A stretch of 35,210 nt of DNA from a virus (Duplodnaviria > Heunggongvirae > Uroviricota > Caudoviricetes), in IMG/VR virus record IMGVR_UViG_2565956633_000004, positions 1-35,210 of that record. One strand, given 5' to 3'. Of the stretch, positions 10,059-19,977 are shown in pieces. The translations under genes and the position numbers were made by a program. The notes under the pieces are model-generated. The model had not been told where the DNA came from. It did no database searches and saw only the letters and a list, made by a program, of their open reading frames with translations. Position 1 is the first letter of the stretch. The number at the start of each line of letters is the position of its first letter.

Positions 10059-10619
10059 TCAGGAAGGAAGGGTTATTTCGGTGTGATGTTCGATATCGCC
10101 GTCAGGCCCGTTACCGGGATCGAGATAATCAACATCAATCGCCAGCGTTCGCAGTTCATCCAGACTGTTCAGGTCATCCTGCTGGCGGGTATCGTCTTCG
10201 GTCAGCTCGCTGATGACCGAAAAATCGAACTGATAAATCAGCTCATGACGATTCAGATCCAGCAGCGTGCCGCCGTCATAGGTAATCGGGTTACCGCACG
10301 CTTCCGGGTTCCAGCCCAGCAGGGCCTTAAAGAGCATCTGCCGGACATCGTCCACCACATCATACGAAGCAAACTGACCGCGCTCATCACGCCCGTTACT
10401 CAGTATGACAACCACGGAGAAGCCCTCTTTCAGCTCCTGCCAGTAGTCGGTCTGGCTTTTGTTTTCTCCCGGAGAGTCATCACCCGGTACCACATACGCC
10501 GCCGGGAGTCTCAGCTTTCCGACCTCCGGCAGATTTTTGAACTGTGCCGCGCCTGCCACCCGGTTTTCAAAATACGGGCAGCGGGCACGCAGCGCAGCAA
10601 TAACAGGCGTCAGTTTCAT
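10059..10619 (-). CDS. Virion structural protein, probable tail completion/terminator (Mu gp37-like)
   Basis: 186-aa acidic ORF between the virion morphogenesis protein and the sheath gene. Confidence 0.4.
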   Translation of the reverse strand: MKLTPVIAALRARCPYFENRVAGAAQFKNLPEVGKLRLPAAYVVPGDDSPGENKSQTDYWQELKEGFSVVVILSNGRDERGQFASYDVVDDVRQMLFKALLGWNPEACGNPITYDGGTLLDLNRHELIYQFDFSVISELTEDDTRQQDDLNSLDELRTLAIDVDYLDPGNGPDGDIEHHTEITLPS

Positions 10620-11122
10620 CTGTGTCGTCGCTCCGGCTTCAGTGATTTACGTAATTCCCGCGCCAGAAAATAGCGTGTCCAGCTGCGGTTCTTTTCAAGC
10701 GTTTCCACCATAAAGTTATTACGTGGAGCCAGTCGCCAGCCGCTGCCACCGGATGCACCACGATGATGGCTGCGACGACGCTTTGCTCCTCCCCGGACAC
10801 CAAAAAACAGAAACGCCGGATAGAAGTCACCAGAGATCATCCGGTTCCCCTTCCCGTTGCGCTGGTTAGGGGCAATGCGTGTCATAAAACCGGCTCGCTT
10901 TTTACTGGCTCCCGGCACCATGTAACCAATCGAACGAGCCAGGCGTCCGGTCTGATAACCGGGGTTTTCACCCGGTGCCGACCGCGCACGGCGCATCACC
11001 AGCCGACGGGCATCACGCATATGACGCTGCCCAATCGTGACAAACGCCCGCCGGACACGGGCACGGTTAAAGCGCATCTCCGCGGGCTGCTGAACATCAA
11101 CGTGAAAAAAGGGAGTCGCCAT
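10616..11122 (-). CDS. Phage virion morphogenesis / tail completion protein (gpS / Mu G-like)
   Basis: Arg-rich 168-aa ORF with GENPGYQTGRLARSIGY motif typical of this family as I recall it. Confidence 0.5.
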   Translation of the reverse strand: MATPFFHVDVQQPAEMRFNRARVRRAFVTIGQRHMRDARRLVMRRARSAPGENPGYQTGRLARSIGYMVPGASKKRAGFMTRIAPNQRNGKGNRMISGDFYPAFLFFGVRGGAKRRRSHHRGASGGSGWRLAPRNNFMVETLEKNRSWTRYFLARELRKSLKPERRHR

Positions 11123-11507
11123 TGCTGCCTCCGTGACTCTGCGTAAATTCGCCCAGTTCCGTACACTCCAGCAGCAGAAAGCGCCGCGCCCCGTTCAGAT
11201 CGCGCTGACGTTTCACCCGGTACACACTGTCACCGCAGACCACCTCATAATCAGCGGTGATCCCCCGGCGGTAACGAATGGTGATGTAATGGGTGATGGC
11301 GTCCCCGGTCTGCGCGGTTTCCTGCCAGGTGGTGGCACTGGTCTGGACAACCTTCGCCCATGTCCGGAACGCAACCGGGTATTGAGGATCCACGCCAAAG
11401 TTATCCGCGGGCATATCCACCCGCTGGCGGATCAGGACGCGTTTATTCAGTTCACCGGGGTCCGGCAGAATGTAGGTTGCGCTGGTCTGCGCCTGACGAA
11501 TTTTCAT
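11097..11507 (-). CDS. Head-tail adaptor / head closure protein
   Basis: 136-aa ORF in head-tail joining block; ...HYITIRYRRGIT... pattern common in head-tail joining proteins. Confidence 0.55.
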   Translation of the reverse strand: MKIRQAQTSATYILPDPGELNKRVLIRQRVDMPADNFGVDPQYPVAFRTWAKVVQTSATTWQETAQTGDAITHYITIRYRRGITADYEVVCGDSVYRVKRQRDLNGARRFLLLECTELGEFTQSHGGSNGDSLFSR

Positions 11508-11827
11508 TGCGGAAAGTACCTGTACGGGCCGACAAGCCAGCCAAAACTCTGCGGCATGTCGAGTTTCTCCACTTCCGTAACCGACGAGCGGTTTTCGTAA
11601 AAATGGCTGATAAGCATCAGCATCCCCAGACGAATATCATCCGGCAGGTGCAGCCCGTCCGGATCGCTGTCCGGAATGGTTTCATCCGGAGCATAGAGCT
11701 TCCGGTTCAGATACGTTTCCGTCCGCTTTTGCGCCGCACAGGCCAGCAGTTGCAGATGGCGGTCATCAGCATCGAAATCCTCATCCAGCCGGAGTTGGGC
11801 TTTAATCTCTTCCATTGTCAGAAGCAT
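11504..11827 (-). CDS. Head-tail connector protein (gp6-like)
   Basis: 107-aa ORF starting MLLTMEEIKAQLRLDEDFDADD..., typical N-terminus of gp6-like connector proteins; synteny. Confidence 0.55.
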   Translation of the reverse strand: MLLTMEEIKAQLRLDEDFDADDRHLQLLACAAQKRTETYLNRKLYAPDETIPDSDPDGLHLPDDIRLGMLMLISHFYENRSSVTEVEKLDMPQSFGWLVGPYRYFPQ

Positions 11828-11829
11828 AC

Positions 11830-12030
11830 TCAGCCCTCTTTACTGGTCGTGGCTTTTTTCTCTTTTGCCGCTTTACTGCTTTTTGCACTGATTCCGCGCT
11901 CTGCTAACCCGGCCTGAAGTGCAATCTCCTGCACCCGGGCAGGAAGCGCCCCGTCGTCATACTCACCGGCCCGAATGACCTCAACACGCATACCGTCCGG
12001 TGACCATTTCAGATCTTGTTTCAGGATCAT
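11830..12030 (-). CDS. Small hypothetical protein downstream of capsid gene
   Basis: 66-aa ORF with Lys-rich C-terminus; follows the post-capsid hairpin. Confidence 0.3.
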   Translation of the reverse strand: MILKQDLKWSPDGMRVEVIRAGEYDDGALPARVQEIALQAGLAERGISAKSSKAAKEKKATTSKEG

Positions 12031-12048
12031 GATTCTTCACCCGTCAGA

Positions 12049-12074
12049 ACAGGGGGCGCGGTTCCGCGCCCCTG
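12049..12074 (-). promoter_or_regulatory. GC-rich stem-loop immediately after major capsid gene
   Basis: CAGGGGCGCGG-AA-CCGCGCCCCCTG inverted repeat on the transcribed strand, no U-tract: possible attenuator or mRNA-stabilising element. Confidence 0.4.
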
Positions 12075-12079
12075 AGTGA

Positions 12080-13285
12080 TTACGCCGCTGCAATCTTCAG
12101 CAGTTTGATGGCCTGCGAATCGACCAGCATCCCGCCGGTGCGCTTGGTGGTATAAAAACCGACAAACGGTTTATTGGTGTACGGGTCACGCAGAATGCGG
12201 GTGCCGATACGGTCAACGATGGTGTAACCCCGTTTGAAGTTACCAAATGCAATGGCTTTCGCATCAGCGGCGATATCCGGCATCTGTTCGTTTTCAGCGA
12301 TACCGTAACCCGCCAGAGAGGACGGCTGCCCCAGTTCCAGCCCCGGACGCCACAGATAGTTACCCTCGCTGTCTTTAAGCAGACGGATGGCAAACAGGCT
12401 GTTGTTGTTCATCATGAACTTCGCGCCAGTGCGGTGTGCCTTACGCAGCGTGTAAATCAGTTTGATAATGGCGTCTGCGGTCACCGCGGTCGCTTCGCCG
12501 GATACAATATGCTGAAGTTTGCCGAACGCCCGGACCTTGTCGGTTTCATCAGTGGATTCATACGCCAGGAACCCTTTCGGCTTCTTGGTGCCATCGCCTG
12601 AGGTAAAGGCAATTTCTTCCTGTTCGGCAAATTCGGTTGCCAGCTCGCTGTTGATCCAGGCCTCCACGTTGAAGAAGGCATCGTCCAGCATTTTCTGGGT
12701 AGCCTGCGGGTTGCCGTAAATTTCCCCCATGAGAGGTTCAATCAGCTCCAGTCTGGAGGTGGCAGTCTGGGATCGCGTATCCGTTTCCCCCACCCATCCG
12801 GAAGCCGTACCGCCCAGATTCACCAGTTTTTTGTAGTCGGAACCGCCAACGGTGATCACCGTGGCTTCCTGACGCATCACCACTTCATCTTTCAGCAGGT
12901 TAAGAATGTTGCGATCCAGTGCTTCCGGCACGGCATAGCCACCGTCTTCATCGGTGCCCACCTGTAATGCCTTGCGCTCCAGATCGCGCAGACCGTCTTC
13001 ACGGCCTTTACGCAGAAAGCCCACAAACGCTTCTTTATGCTCAGTGGCCAGTTTATTTTGCACACCACCTGCCGGACGTTTCAGCTCAAGCAGCTCTTTT
13101 TCAAGATCGCTTTTGAGATTTTCCAGCTCGCTGAGTTTCCCGTTCAGGGTTTCCACCTGCCCGGCAAGTTTGCCTTTTTCCTGCTCAATCGCATCCACGC
13201 GCTTGTCGTTCTTTGCCTTGAAGTCGTCAAACTTCTGCTGCAGCTCCTGCGCGACCTGTTCCACATCTTTAATATCAACCGCCAT
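12080..13285 (-). CDS. Major capsid protein, HK97 family, with N-terminal coiled-coil delta/scaffold domain
   Basis: 401 aa; N-terminal heptad-rich segment (EQEKGKLAGQVETLNGKLSELENLKSDLEKELLELK) then capsid-like body; follows prohead protease. Confidence 0.85.
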   Translation of the reverse strand: MAVDIKDVEQVAQELQQKFDDFKAKNDKRVDAIEQEKGKLAGQVETLNGKLSELENLKSDLEKELLELKRPAGGVQNKLATEHKEAFVGFLRKGREDGLRDLERKALQVGTDEDGGYAVPEALDRNILNLLKDEVVMRQEATVITVGGSDYKKLVNLGGTASGWVGETDTRSQTATSRLELIEPLMGEIYGNPQATQKMLDDAFFNVEAWINSELATEFAEQEEIAFTSGDGTKKPKGFLAYESTDETDKVRAFGKLQHIVSGEATAVTADAIIKLIYTLRKAHRTGAKFMMNNNSLFAIRLLKDSEGNYLWRPGLELGQPSSLAGYGIAENEQMPDIAADAKAIAFGNFKRGYTIVDRIGTRILRDPYTNKPFVGFYTTKRTGGMLVDSQAIKLLKIAAA

Positions 13286-13299
13286 CGTATTTCTCCTGA

Positions 13300-13986
13300 T
13301 TAGAAGTTCAGATTTTTCAGTGCATTCAGTGCAGAGCCCACATCCTCAGCGTCGCGCAGGGACAGTGCGCCATAGCCCCCGGCCATGAATGCTTTGGCCT
13401 GGGTACGGGAGAGTCCGACATCACGCAGGACTCTTTCGATTTTTTTCTGTTCAGGGATTTCCCCGCGGGCCAGCGCGTTCTTGACGTCGCTGATCCGCGC
13501 CTCGTCGTTAGACGGAAACGTCACCAGACTGACTTCCCAGAGGTCGATTTCTTTCAGCAAAAAGGCTTCTTTCGTCCGGTCGTATTCCCAGTCTTTCAGG
13601 ACGTACCCAATAGAAAGGCCGGTTAACGAACCGGCCTTCATGTGTGCATGTGCGCGTTTTGCCAGGGGATCATCATCAATGAGCAACCGCCCCCTGACGT
13701 AAAGCCCGACATCGTCTTCCTTCATTTCGGTGTAAACTCCGATGGGCTCATCCATGCGGTGCTGCCAGAGCAGCGCAGGTAACGCTTTTCTGTCACTCCA
13801 CGTCCGCAGGGAAGCAGCAAATGCCCCGGACATCACCACATCATCGTGGCTGTCCTTTACACCAAAGACGGAGCCATACCCTTCAAACTCACCGGAGTCA
13901 CTGACAGATTTCAGACTCAGCGGTACATCAAGACGTTGTTTCGTCTGCATTGGCGTTATCCTTCTGCTTACCGGCTTTACTGCCAT
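13300..13986 (-). CDS. Prohead protease (HK97 gp4 / U35 family)
   Basis: 228-aa ORF between portal and capsid genes; 59-bp overlap with portal suggests true start may be the internal Met. Confidence 0.75.
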   Translation of the reverse strand: MAVKPVSRRITPMQTKQRLDVPLSLKSVSDSGEFEGYGSVFGVKDSHDDVVMSGAFAASLRTWSDRKALPALLWQHRMDEPIGVYTEMKEDDVGLYVRGRLLIDDDPLAKRAHAHMKAGSLTGLSIGYVLKDWEYDRTKEAFLLKEIDLWEVSLVTFPSNDEARISDVKNALARGEIPEQKKIERVLRDVGLSRTQAKAFMAGGYGALSLRDAEDVGSALNALKNLNF

Positions 13987-15169
13987 CGGAGGGTTTCGTG
14001 GTCATGTTCATCGGTGTGAGATAGACATCACCACCGGGACGCGGATTCATATCTTCCAGGTCGCGGCAGTCATTGGGAGAGTAAATTCCCCAGTTGATCC
14101 CGGTGGCGTAGGCTTCAAAACGGGACTTCATATCCCCGCGCAGTAACGCCCCGGCGTTAAATTTGGCGTAATAAACGCCCTGCTTACTTTTTCGTACCAG
14201 TCCGGTGTTGATCCGCTGTTCGATGCGGGTCAGATACGGCACCAGTGAATAGTTGATAAATCCCAGCCCCAGCTCTTCGATATTGTTGAAGGTGGCGCGA
14301 TCGGTGTTCTGCACCATGTGCAACGGCACCCGGAACAGACGACAGATTTCTTCAAGCTGAAACTTGCGGGTTTCCAGGAACTGGCTGTCCTCGGCGTTCA
14401 GCGCCATCGACTTCCAGTCCAGCCCCATCTCAAGGATCATCGGGCGGTGAGCATTGCCAAGCCCGGTGTGACGCTCCTCAAAATCTTTCTTCAGGCGCTC
14501 ATAAGCCTGATCTGACAGCGTCTGCTCTGTACGCAACACACCCGACGTCACCGCGCCATTGCTGAACAGTCTGGCCCCGTGCTCTTCGGTCGCAGCTGCC
14601 AGCGATATTGCCTCGCGGGCATAGGCGATGGGATTCAGCCCCACCAGTCCGTCCAGCGTTAGCGTGCGCACATGCCAGATATCCTCCTGGCTCAGTACAT
14701 CCGTGGAGCCATCCGGGAATGTGACCTGATAGATCGGCTCCCAGCTACTGTTAAGCTTCGGTACCACACAGCCGGGATCGACGGGCAGCAGTTCAGCCAC
14801 TTCGCCAAATGCTTTCACTTTGTAGGCGTAAAAGTTTCCCCGCAGGCACAGACAGGTGACCACCAGCTCCCAGAACTCCTGCGGCGTCATATAGCCATTG
14901 GGATGCGTGGAGATCAGTTTATGCAGACGTTCGCCGGTGGCTCTCTGCTTCAGGCTGCCGTTCAGGTGATACAGATTGCAGGGCAACATCCCGACCGACT
15001 CTGCCAGCACTCTGACGCAGGAAAAAACCGCCGTCAGTCGCATGGCCCGCTGACTGCTGATCTGCTTTCCGGTATAGGTGTCGTAGGACAACCCGATGGC
15101 ATCCGCCAGCTCTGCTGGCGTGGTCACCGGTGCGTCACTTTTTCGTTGAAATAATCCCGAAAAGAACAC
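13928..15169 (-). CDS. Portal protein (HK97 family)
   Basis: 413-aa ORF after terL; GTG start overlapping the stop of the small membrane ORF. Confidence 0.85.
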   Translation of the reverse strand: MFFSGLFQRKSDAPVTTPAELADAIGLSYDTYTGKQISSQRAMRLTAVFSCVRVLAESVGMLPCNLYHLNGSLKQRATGERLHKLISTHPNGYMTPQEFWELVVTCLCLRGNFYAYKVKAFGEVAELLPVDPGCVVPKLNSSWEPIYQVTFPDGSTDVLSQEDIWHVRTLTLDGLVGLNPIAYAREAISLAAATEEHGARLFSNGAVTSGVLRTEQTLSDQAYERLKKDFEERHTGLGNAHRPMILEMGLDWKSMALNAEDSQFLETRKFQLEEICRLFRVPLHMVQNTDRATFNNIEELGLGFINYSLVPYLTRIEQRINTGLVRKSKQGVYYAKFNAGALLRGDMKSRFEAYATGINWGIYSPNDCRDLEDMNPRPGGDVYLTPMNMTTKPSDGSKAGKQKDNANADETTS

Positions 15170-15351
15170 TATTTACCTCCACCAACAGACAGCTGTGTAC
15201 GGTCGAGATATCGCGCTACCAGCCACGACCAGAACAGGCACAACGCCCCGGCAACAACAAACCCCGCCGGGGGATAAATCAGCCAGGCACCATACGCCAG
15301 CAAAAGCGCCCCCAGCACGCCCACCAGAGGCGCGAGAATCAGCATGATCAT
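15169..15351 (-). CDS. Small two-helix membrane protein between terL and portal
   Basis: 60 aa, two hydrophobic segments ([23 protein letters not shown] / [16 protein letters not shown]); GAGGT RBS 5 nt before ATG; coupled to both neighbours. Confidence 0.45.
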   Translation of the reverse strand: MIMLILAPLVGVLGALLLAYGAWLIYPPAGFVVAGALCLFWSWLVARYLDRTQLSVGGGK

Positions 15352-15362
15352 AATTACCTCAG

Positions 15363-17096
15363 TTAAAGCGAGCGGATCCCATAGGACTCAATGTGGTCAG
15401 ACAGCGTGTCTTCTTTCTCGTACAGCATGGCTCTGCCAACCGCCATAATCAGCGCAACTGCACCGTCAATTTTGTTTTCCGCCTGCTCTTTGACGGGTTT
15501 CACCACATCATCGTTACCCGGAATGGTTTTGCCGACCACATTGCCGATACACCAGGTCATGATGGGATTGCCATCATGATGAAAGCGCCCCGATTCAATT
15601 GCCGCTTCCAGCTCTTTCATCGGGTCGGACATGTTGGTGTAGTTCTGAATGATAGTGACGGGATTCAGGTCTTCATCAGCAAGGTCATGTGACAACCCGG
15701 TCGCCCCGAAGGGGTCGATGGGTGACTCACTGACCGGGCTGATTTTGTTCGCCGCTTTGGCCTCCTCGAGGATGTAGCGATAATCCACCTCCGCACCATC
15801 GGTAACGGTCAGAACGCCCATTTCCACCCATTTCTGAAAGCGTTCGGCTGTCCGGCGATCTTCATTTTTCTCGACGCTGTACACCGTGTCATACGGTACC
15901 CAGAAGCGCGGAGCCACACTGTAGTAATGCGTTTTACCGTCAATCTCGCGGGTATAAAGTCGCGCCATGCTGTTCATATCCAGCTTACGCGCCAGGTCAA
16001 AGGCCAGAATGCACGGTTGCCCCTCGAACTGCTCAAGGGTCAGTGATTTATCCTCGCAGCTCTGCCAGCTCACCAGGTTGAAATACGCCGAACGCGCCGA
16101 CACCCAGATATTGAGGTGTTTTGTTTTAAAGACGTTTGCCAGACGGGCGTTATTTTTCGCACGCTGCTGCTGACTTAACAAAAATTCGCGATAAACCGAC
16201 ACGCCAATATTCGGGTTAGCTTTTTCCAGCACCTGCGGGTCGGTCCAGTCATCACCTTCATCAACGGTATAGATGATCCCGAACAGTTCATCGTTGGGCA
16301 CCGAGCCGTTGAGCATCTCGATGACTTCCCGCCGTTTGTCGTAGCACGGCCCCTCAATGTTGTACCCGGCGGTGGTAATGGCCCACATCAGTGGCTGGCG
16401 TCGCGCCCCCATCCCGGTAAGCATCGTGGTGTAAAGCGCATCTGTGGCGTGCTCGTGATATTCATCCACCACGGCACAGTGGGGTGATGAACCATCACCG
16501 GGGTTACCGATCAGCGGTTCAAACCGCGCACCATCCTCCGGACGGTTCATGTTTGAGGCGTTAACCTCAATCCCGAACGCTTCCGTCAGCATGGGTGTGC
16601 GTTTACACATCAGTCGTGCCGGGCGAAAGACTTCCCACGCCTGTTTCTCTGTCGTGGCACCGGAATACACTTCCGCGCCAAACTCGTTATCACAGGCAAA
16701 ACAATACAGGGCAACACCGGCAGAGATTGCCGATTTGCCGTTCTTACGGGGGATTTCGGTATACACCTCCCTGAAGCGGCGCAGCCGGGAGCCTTTATTG
16801 ACCCAGCCAAACGCACAGCAGATCACAAAGAGCTGCCACGGTTCCAGCGTGATGGGCATCCTCTTGAATGCCCACTCCCCCTTGGTGTGTGGCAACAGCT
16901 GAATAAATTTCGCGGCCCGTTCAGCCAGGTCCTTGTCGAAGCGGTAACGAAACGACTTACTTTTTTCCGCCATCAGGTCATCAAGATGGCGCTGGCAGGC
17001 CTGAATCACAAACTGGCAGGCCACAATCTTTCCGCGCACGACATCACGGGCATACTGATTGGCAGCATTTACGTTGGGGTAAGATTTCCGGCTCAT
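15363..17096 (-). CDS. Terminase large subunit
   Basis: 577-aa ORF with Walker-A-like region ([12 protein letters not shown]) and C-terminal nuclease region; overlaps terS. Confidence 0.9.
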   Translation of the reverse strand: MSRKSYPNVNAANQYARDVVRGKIVACQFVIQACQRHLDDLMAEKSKSFRYRFDKDLAERAAKFIQLLPHTKGEWAFKRMPITLEPWQLFVICCAFGWVNKGSRLRRFREVYTEIPRKNGKSAISAGVALYCFACDNEFGAEVYSGATTEKQAWEVFRPARLMCKRTPMLTEAFGIEVNASNMNRPEDGARFEPLIGNPGDGSSPHCAVVDEYHEHATDALYTTMLTGMGARRQPLMWAITTAGYNIEGPCYDKRREVIEMLNGSVPNDELFGIIYTVDEGDDWTDPQVLEKANPNIGVSVYREFLLSQQQRAKNNARLANVFKTKHLNIWVSARSAYFNLVSWQSCEDKSLTLEQFEGQPCILAFDLARKLDMNSMARLYTREIDGKTHYYSVAPRFWVPYDTVYSVEKNEDRRTAERFQKWVEMGVLTVTDGAEVDYRYILEEAKAANKISPVSESPIDPFGATGLSHDLADEDLNPVTIIQNYTNMSDPMKELEAAIESGRFHHDGNPIMTWCIGNVVGKTIPGNDDVVKPVKEQAENKIDGAVALIMAVGRAMLYEKEDTLSDHIESYGIRSL

Positions 17097-17587
17097 GATT
17101 CGATGATTTTCAGAAACTGGTTAGTGGCTTTCTTCTGCCCCGCCAGGCCAATCAGACGCTGGCGGCTGCTGGGGTCGAGTCCGAGCATTGCCCCCGTGCT
17201 GCTCATCTCGGACTCCTGTTCTTTCTTGGCGGTCAGCTCAGGATTTTTGACCCTGCCGCCCATTGCACCGGTGATGGTGTTGCCCTGTCTGGCAATATTT
17301 TTCACGGCACGTCGCCAGAACTCGTAGGCCACGCACCACCGCTCAAGCACCGCAAGGTCAGTCACGCACAGCAGGCCCTGACCGCAGAGTTCTTTAGTTG
17401 TCAGTTGCCACATGATCGTAGCGAGAGGGAGATCTTCTTCAGCGAACCACTCCGGTGGCTCAACACCTTTGATGGGCGTAAAAACAGGTTCATCTTTGTT
17501 CAGGGCTCGCTTGCCGGGGTTTCCGGCCAGCGCCTTGCGCGCCGTTGGCTTGGGGCGACGCCCGGAACGCCCCGCCGTTCCAGCCAT
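17093..17587 (-). CDS. Terminase small subunit (P27 family)
   Basis: Start placed at ATG 17587 (AGGAG 8 nt upstream), giving [34 protein letters not shown]... Confidence 0.75.
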   Translation of the reverse strand: MAGTAGRSGRRPKPTARKALAGNPGKRALNKDEPVFTPIKGVEPPEWFAEEDLPLATIMWQLTTKELCGQGLLCVTDLAVLERWCVAYEFWRRAVKNIARQGNTITGAMGGRVKNPELTAKKEQESEMSSTGAMLGLDPSSRQRLIGLAGQKKATNQFLKIIES

Positions 17588-17596
17588 ATGCGGCAC

Positions 17597-17712
17597 TCCT
17601 GGTTAAATTTCATTTTTCGCGGGTATAAAAAAACGATGGGGCGGGCAGTCCGGAAGACGTCAGGTCACAGGGATTTGACCCGCCCCTCCCCTCAGACAGT
17701 TGAGAATTATTA
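17597..17712. other. Candidate cos / packaging-recognition region
   Basis: Intergenic block between HNH and terS with GC-rich dyad GGGGCGGG ... CCCGCCCC and adjacent A/T-rich element (TTTTTTTATACCCGCGAAAAATGAAATTT on the phage strand), the usual cos position in HK97-like genomes. Confidence 0.35.
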
Positions 17713-18063
17713 TCACTTTAGCCGTTCACGGGCCGTCTTCGCCTTATGGCACGGCCAGCACAGGCTCTGCAGATTGCTGTCGGCATCTGTGCCGCCATGC
17801 GCTTTAGGGATGATGTGGTCAACGGTTTTCGCCTCACGTACCACACCGGCACGCAGGCACAACTGGCACAGGCCTTTGTCACGCTTCAGCACACGCGCGC
17901 GGATAACGTCCCACTTCGAACCATAACCGCGCTGGTGACGGGACTGACCTGGCTTATATTGCGTCCAGCCTTCGCTTTTGTGGCTTTCACAATAGCCTGA
18001 CGGATCTGTGGTGGTATGGCGGCAACCGCGAACACGGCAGGCTTTTGGGATTCGTGGCGGCAT
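17713..18063 (-). CDS. HNH endonuclease (terminase-associated)
   Basis: 116 aa with Cys pairs and DHIIPKAHGG...N...LCWPCH HNH motif; GGAG RBS. Confidence 0.85.
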   Translation of the reverse strand: MPPRIPKACRVRGCRHTTTDPSGYCESHKSEGWTQYKPGQSRHQRGYGSKWDVIRARVLKRDKGLCQLCLRAGVVREAKTVDHIIPKAHGGTDADSNLQSLCWPCHKAKTARERLK

Positions 18064-18416
18064 ATGTACTAATCTCCGATTTATCCAAATTTCACTGCCA
18101 TAATGCCGACATTCTCTGCCATTGTTGGCTCCGTTTATCCGTTAAAAGGGATATCAGTTAAGTTATCCCGTGTAGGGTATAAGCCATTGTCGAGACCACT
18201 CATTGAATGGTCTCTGCAATAACCGATGTCTTTCCATCAGTCCGCCACCACAAAGAATCTTTTTTGCCATAAGGCTGGAGGTTCATCTTTCAGTGGCTGC
18301 CAGTGTTATTTCCCCACTTACTGGCTTGGGTTGTATCGCTGTACTGCCGTAACTGGTTACCCAGAATAAATTCCGGTTTCATTATCAAGCCCACCCGTAG
18401 ATGGGCTTTGTAATGG

Positions 18417-18674
18417 CTACTTCGCTTTTGCTTCCGCTCGCTTACGCCGGCGCTCTTCTTTCCTCTCGGCTTTTGCCATGTCCATGAATGCCTGCATGAT
18501 CGAGTTCCGCATCATGTAGCTAACAAAGTGATGATTGACACAGCCGTTGAGGCGCAGCTGCTCGCCAAACTCATCCACCGAGGCCAATGCTTCCATCATG
18601 CCCTTCTCGCCTTTCATGAACTCTGAGAAGTCGCGCCCCGCTCTGGAGGCGCATTCAATGACACGATCACTCAT
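18417..18674 (-). CDS. Hypothetical protein with basic C-terminal tail
   Basis: 85-aa ORF, ATGA overlap with upstream KilA-N gene; C-terminus ERKEERRRKRAEAKAK. Confidence 0.4.
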   Translation of the reverse strand: MSDRVIECASRAGRDFSEFMKGEKGMMEALASVDEFGEQLRLNGCVNHHFVSYMMRNSIMQAFMDMAKAERKEERRRKRAEAKAK

Positions 18675-19168
18675 CCCGGAAGCCCGGGGATCGTAATCTG
18701 CAGCTGGTTAGCCAGGGAGTTAATCTCAGCGACCAACACTGGCTTCGTATAGCGCCATGCCGCCAGCCCTTGTCCGCAGAAGCTCGCCATGTCTTTCTTC
18801 TGGTCAAACTCATGACATTTCATGTTGAGCTGCGCACTTAAGCTGTTGCGATGCTGAAGTTCTCCGGTGAAGTAGTCATCGAGGACTTTATAGGCCGCGT
18901 ACTTGAACCCGGGGTTTAACCAAGCCGCATAATCGTAAGCAACAAACTTCCCGCCATATGTTCCACCGTGTACACCGCGCTCAGTAAAAACCACAGATTC
19001 GTGGTTTTTCTCCAGCTCGGCTAAGAACTCTTTGGTCTGCTTGTTTCGCAGGTAGTGGTAAGGCGATTCAGATTCACTTTTACCACTGGCTTTCCACATA
19101 TCAGTGAGGCAGATCATTCCTGATTCATCAACACGGATCGGTGTATTAAAAAGCGTGATTGCTTTCAT
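18671..19168 (-). CDS. KilA-N domain protein
   Basis: Start assigned to ATG 19168 (AAGGT RBS); MKAITLFNTPIRVDESGMICLTDMWKASGK... and GGKFVAYDYAAWLNPGFKYAAY resemble the KilA-N fold signature. Confidence 0.5.
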   Translation of the reverse strand: MKAITLFNTPIRVDESGMICLTDMWKASGKSESESPYHYLRNKQTKEFLAELEKNHESVVFTERGVHGGTYGGKFVAYDYAAWLNPGFKYAAYKVLDDYFTGELQHRNSLSAQLNMKCHEFDQKKDMASFCGQGLAAWRYTKPVLVAEINSLANQLQITIPGLPG

Positions 19169-19307
19169 AGCGTCTTTACCTTTTAGAAAGTGAGCCTGTC
19201 TCACAGAAAAGCCGCCCGAGAGAGGTCGCCACCTATAACGGCATTTCTCAGGCTCGCTTACTGAAAGGCTCTCGTTAATATGCGCGTGAGATGCGCTGTG
19301 AAATTCA

Positions 19308-19336
19308 GATATAAAAAGCCCCGCGAATGCGAGGCT
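19308..19336 (-). terminator. Putative terminator downstream of lysis cassette
   Basis: Minus-strand AGCCTCGC-ATTC-GCGGGGCT hairpin followed by TTTTTATAT. Confidence 0.4.
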
Positions 19337-19509
19337 AAATCCTGGTATTTGTAATGACTGGCTCTTATCTCAACGCAGCCCCTTACCGCGCGCCAGATGC
19401 TCAATATCAAGCATCAGCAATGAGATGTTTAATCTGGATTCACTCCAGAAGTGATCATCACCCTGTCTACAGAGCCAGATGTGAAGGATGATGAGTAAAA
19501 TTATCGCTA

Positions 19510-19977
19510 TCATCGAGGGCATTGCGTCCTGATGTATTCCTGAAGCGTTCTCAGTGCTGTTTGGTCGCGGATAATTCCGTCCCGGACACCGAGAACGTTT
19601 CGTCCAGCAACTGGAGAGAGTTCGACGGTGGCATCATTGCCCATGCCGGAGGCGCTGGAGGTTTCGGCTGAGGATGGCACAGGGCATTTTCCTTTGACGA
19701 GCACCCGACCACCATTATCAAGCTTACGCCGAAGAGCATCATTTTCAGCTTTCGCATCAGCTAACTCCTTCGTGTATTTTGCATCGAGCGCAGCAACATC
19801 ACGCTGGCGCTGCTGCATGTCAGTAATGGTGGCAGTCGCCTGCTTCAGCTCACTGCCTTTTTTATCGCGCTGCTCTTTGTAGGCGATGGCGTTATCACGG
19901 TAATGATTAACAGCCCATGACAGGCAGACGATGATGCAGATAACCAGAGCGGAGATAATCGCGGTGACTCTGCTCAT
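19510..19977 (-). CDS. Rz: Spanin, inner-membrane subunit (Rz)
   Basis: N-terminus [31 protein letters not shown] matches lambda Rz as I recall it; ATGA overlap with R. Confidence 0.9.
   Translation of the reverse strand: MSRVTAIISALVICIIVCLSWAVNHYRDNAIAYKEQRDKKGSELKQATATITDMQQRQRDVAALDAKYTKELADAKAENDALRRKLDNGGRVLVKGKCPVPSSAETSSASGMGNDATVELSPVAGRNVLGVRDGIIRDQTALRTLQEYIRTQCPR
19551..19757 (-). CDS. Rz1: Spanin, outer-membrane lipoprotein subunit (Rz1), embedded in Rz in another frame
   Basis: Signal peptide plus lipobox (LIMVVGC), Pro-rich mature part ([14 protein letters not shown]); entirely inside Rz. Confidence 0.8.
   Translation of the reverse strand: MRKLKMMLFGVSLIMVVGCSSKENALCHPQPKPPAPPAWAMMPPSNSLQLLDETFSVSGTELSATKQH

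Noticed and set aside
115-17926. Numerous plus-strand ORFs across the structural module in the six-frame track (e.g. 115-510, 4127-4624, 6306-6635, 11360-11917, 14672-15154, 17405-17926)
   Set aside because: All lie antisense to long, well-supported minus-strand phage genes, lack RBS and have Arg/Pro/Cys-rich junk-like composition; treated as shadow ORFs.
18064-18416. Small ORFs or an ncRNA in the 350-bp gap between HNH and the 85-aa gene
   Set aside because: Only short dyads (GAGACCA...TGGTCTC; GGGATA...TATCCC) and ORFs under 25 codons without RBS; insufficient evidence for a gene.
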